A stretch of DNA of 64,000 nucleotides from Vitrella brassicaformis CCMP3155 (Eukaryota > Protista > Chromerida): assembly GCA_001179505.1 (NCBI GenBank), contig CDMY01000989.1, forward strand, positions 164,310-228,309, given 5' to 3'. Within the stretch, counting starts at the first letter, position 1. Every line of letters begins with the position of its first letter. Of this stretch, positions 61,843 to 64,000 are shown one piece after another. The notes under the pieces were generated by a model that worked only from the letters and a program-made list of their open reading frames with translations, did not search any database and was not told where the DNA came from. The position numbers and the translations under genes were made by a program.

Positions 61843-62856
61843 CCGGGATGAAGGAAGCCTCTAGCCTGCAGCAGCGGAGCTCATGGCCGACGGAGGGGGG
61901 AGATGCGGCCGCCTATGCACTCGGCAGTCATCACACGTGAGATGCGGCGAGAAAAGTCAGAAAAATTTGATATAAGAAGTCGAGAGGATCGCGCGGCCAG
62001 GTTTTCGTTGTGCCAGGTTAACGCATGTGAATCCCGTGTCAACAAAGTCTCCTCCACGGACTTCGGACGAAAACAATCATCAAAACAACGCGTAAAGAGA
62101 AAATGGCAACAGGCCGGCTGCATGACGGGCCTCTTCAGGGAGAAAAAACACCGCATCAGAGCCGCTAGCCACTCACGCGCACGCCCTCATGTAACTCATG
62201 CAAGTAAGAAGCCACACGATTCGTGACACAATCAGACACACACGCACGGATGCNNNNNNNNNNNNNNNNNNNNNNNNNNNNNNNNNNNNNNNNNNNNNNN
62301 NNNNNNNNNNNNNNNNNNNNNNNNNNNNNNNNNNNNNNNNNNNNNNNNNNNNNNNNNNNNNNNNNNNNNNNNNNNNNNNNNNNNNNNNNNNNNNNNNNNN
62401 NNNNNNNNNNNNNNNNNNNNNNNNNNNNNNNNNNNNNNNNNNNNNNNNNNNNNNNNNNNNNNNNNNNNNNNNNNNNNNNNNNNNNNNNNNNNNNNNNNNN
62501 NNNNNNNNNNNNNNNNNNNNNNNNNNNNNNNNNNNNNNNNNNNNNNNNNNNNNACACGCGGCTCCTAAATGCTTTGCAGCACATGTCGACCGCGATCCCC
62601 AACAACACTCACTACCACTGACTGACGTGTGTGTGACATACGTTAACTCAGCGCGCAACGGCAGGCAGAGTCTGTCGGTCTCTCATGAAACGAACTGCGT
62701 CAACATCGACCAAGCCTCAATCATGCGACAAACATGCCAGCACCATCCTCAGCGCCCGCCTGGCGTACACTCACTCACTCAGATCTATAAACTCTCACAC
62801 CACACCACACCACACGATGGCTGGGTGGGTGCGCACTGCCTGCGTGTCATGTCGTG

Positions 62857-64000
62857 TCATGGTTGTCCGACTGTCAGTTCCTGCGCGTCGGTGCCTCCGA
62901 GTATGCAGTAGCCCCACCGCCGGGCCGTCTTGCGGTAGCACAGCAGCCACATCGACACGCACACCAAAGCAGTCACTACCAACCCTGACGCCACTGCAAG
63001 ATAATAGATGCCACACACACACACACACACACGCGCGCGCCAGCAGATGGACACGACGGAACGGTGGTTGCCCTGTGTGTGTGTGTGTGCGTGTGTGTTG
63101 TTACGTCCAAGTACGAAGACCCGTCCGTCGTCCATGCCAAAATCGACGCTTGTGTCATCGGACTGTTGGACGCCAGGCGCCTCGCCATCACCCTCGGGGA
63201 TTGAGTACCTTGATTTAGTTTCTGCATGTGTGTCTGCCTCTCCTCGTATGACGACAGTAGCTGCTCGAGCTGCTTCTTCTTGGCCTCGACCTGCCCCATG
63301 ATGTCTCCACCAGCATCTGCACATCGTGCACGCAAGGCAGACGCCTTCACAGGCCCTTCTCTGGCTATTTGTTTTGTGTGTGATTGCACCTGTTTCCTTC
63401 TGGTTGAGCTCGTCCAGCTGCTCCGTTGCCTCCTGCAGGCGCTGGCGGGCGGCGTCGGCCTTCGCACGGGCCGCATCGGTCTTGCGCTGCTGCTGCAGAT
63501 GAGAGAATGGATATGGCGTGGGTGTGTGGGGAATCTGAGGAGGCAGCTGACCGATTCGAGTGTCTTTGTGTTGCGTTGGCACGCTCCTGCTCCGACGCAA
63601 CCTGACACACACACAAATGACATGAGGACAGCATCCATCCATCCATCCCTTCCTCCCTCTCTCTCCCGTTCTGTCGTGTGATGCCTGTACCTTCGCCTTG
63701 GCCTCGTCGAGTTGGTGCTTGTCCGCCTTGAGCTGCTTGAGATGCGCGCGGGCAGAATCGTGAGCCTGACGCACACACATTCATGCATTTGTGAGTGGTT
63801 GGGTTGGGTTGGTGGTTGTGAGTGTCGGTGTCTCACCTCTTTTGCAGCCTGGCAGTTCTTTCGTTCCTGGTCGATTTGATTTTTGAGTATGAGTATCCGT
63901 GACTTGGCGTCGAGTACTTGGCCCTCGATCTTCTGCGTCTGCTCAGATGTCTTCTTGGTCTTGGCGTGGATCCATGTCCTTGAGCTGCTGCTGCTTGGCC
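62857..64000 (-). CDS. Coiled-coil protein with a possible C-terminal transmembrane anchor; 5' end lies outside the window
   Basis: Heptad-rich exons (KIEGQVLDAKSRILILKNQIDQERK, HLKQLKADKHQLDEAKAK, ARQRLQEATEQLDELNQKE) and a final hydrophobic LASGLVVTALVCVSMWLLC. Splicing near 63200-63250 is unresolved. Confidence 0.45.

Noticed and set aside
1-64000. Hundreds of short ORFs rich in CVCVCV, HTHTHT or TDRQ
   Set aside because: They are translations of intronic (GT)n/(CA)n/(GACA)n microsatellites or antisense shadows of real exons.
1-64000. CRISPR array, prokaryotic defence system or operon
   Set aside because: There are no regular repeat-spacer arrays or cas-like ORFs, and the genes are spliceosomal-intron-rich eukaryotic genes.
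1-64000. tRNA, rRNA or snoRNA genes
   Set aside because: I recognised no cloverleaf or rRNA-like segment by eye. A tRNAscan-SE or Infernal run would be needed to exclude them.

Overview
This is eukaryotic nuclear DNA from a GC-rich, intron-dense genome. Its short introns are full of (CA)n/(GACA)n/(GGAT)n microsatellites, and there are five 300-N scaffold gaps. The style and gene content (signal-peptide plus ASAF-type plastid presequences, HPR/RAP-type repeats) suggest a chromerid alveolate such as Vitrella, which is an inference. All gene models were spliced by eye from GT/GC-AG boundaries. Recognisable genes: a PILS/AEC-family transporter, an ankyrin/coiled-coil protein, TFIIF-beta, HEATR3/Syo1, AP-2 alpha adaptin, Snu13/15.5K, UPF0696/C11orf68, an HPR-type helical-repeat protein and EXO1. 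Three loci stand out. (1) A gene that appears to fuse RPA70-like OB folds to a PARP-type ADP-ribosyltransferase domain with H-Y-E residues (17.9-20.0 kb). (2) An ~11.6-kb four-domain Ca2+-channel-like gene with an E/E/E/E filter, an ~480-500-aa extracellular insert in domain I, charge-poor S4 helices in three domains, a very long N-terminal region and two in-frame stops (37.6-49.2 kb). (3) A plastid-targeted, degenerate RNase III-like protein. The window also shows heavy local turnover: an interrupted Venus-flytrap/Cys-rich receptor-like gene, a frameshifted EXO1, a mosaic of gene fragments including an HslU-like piece, a diverged inverted repeat pair, and a four-copy tandem duplication among gaps. 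Some of these lesions may be assembly errors.
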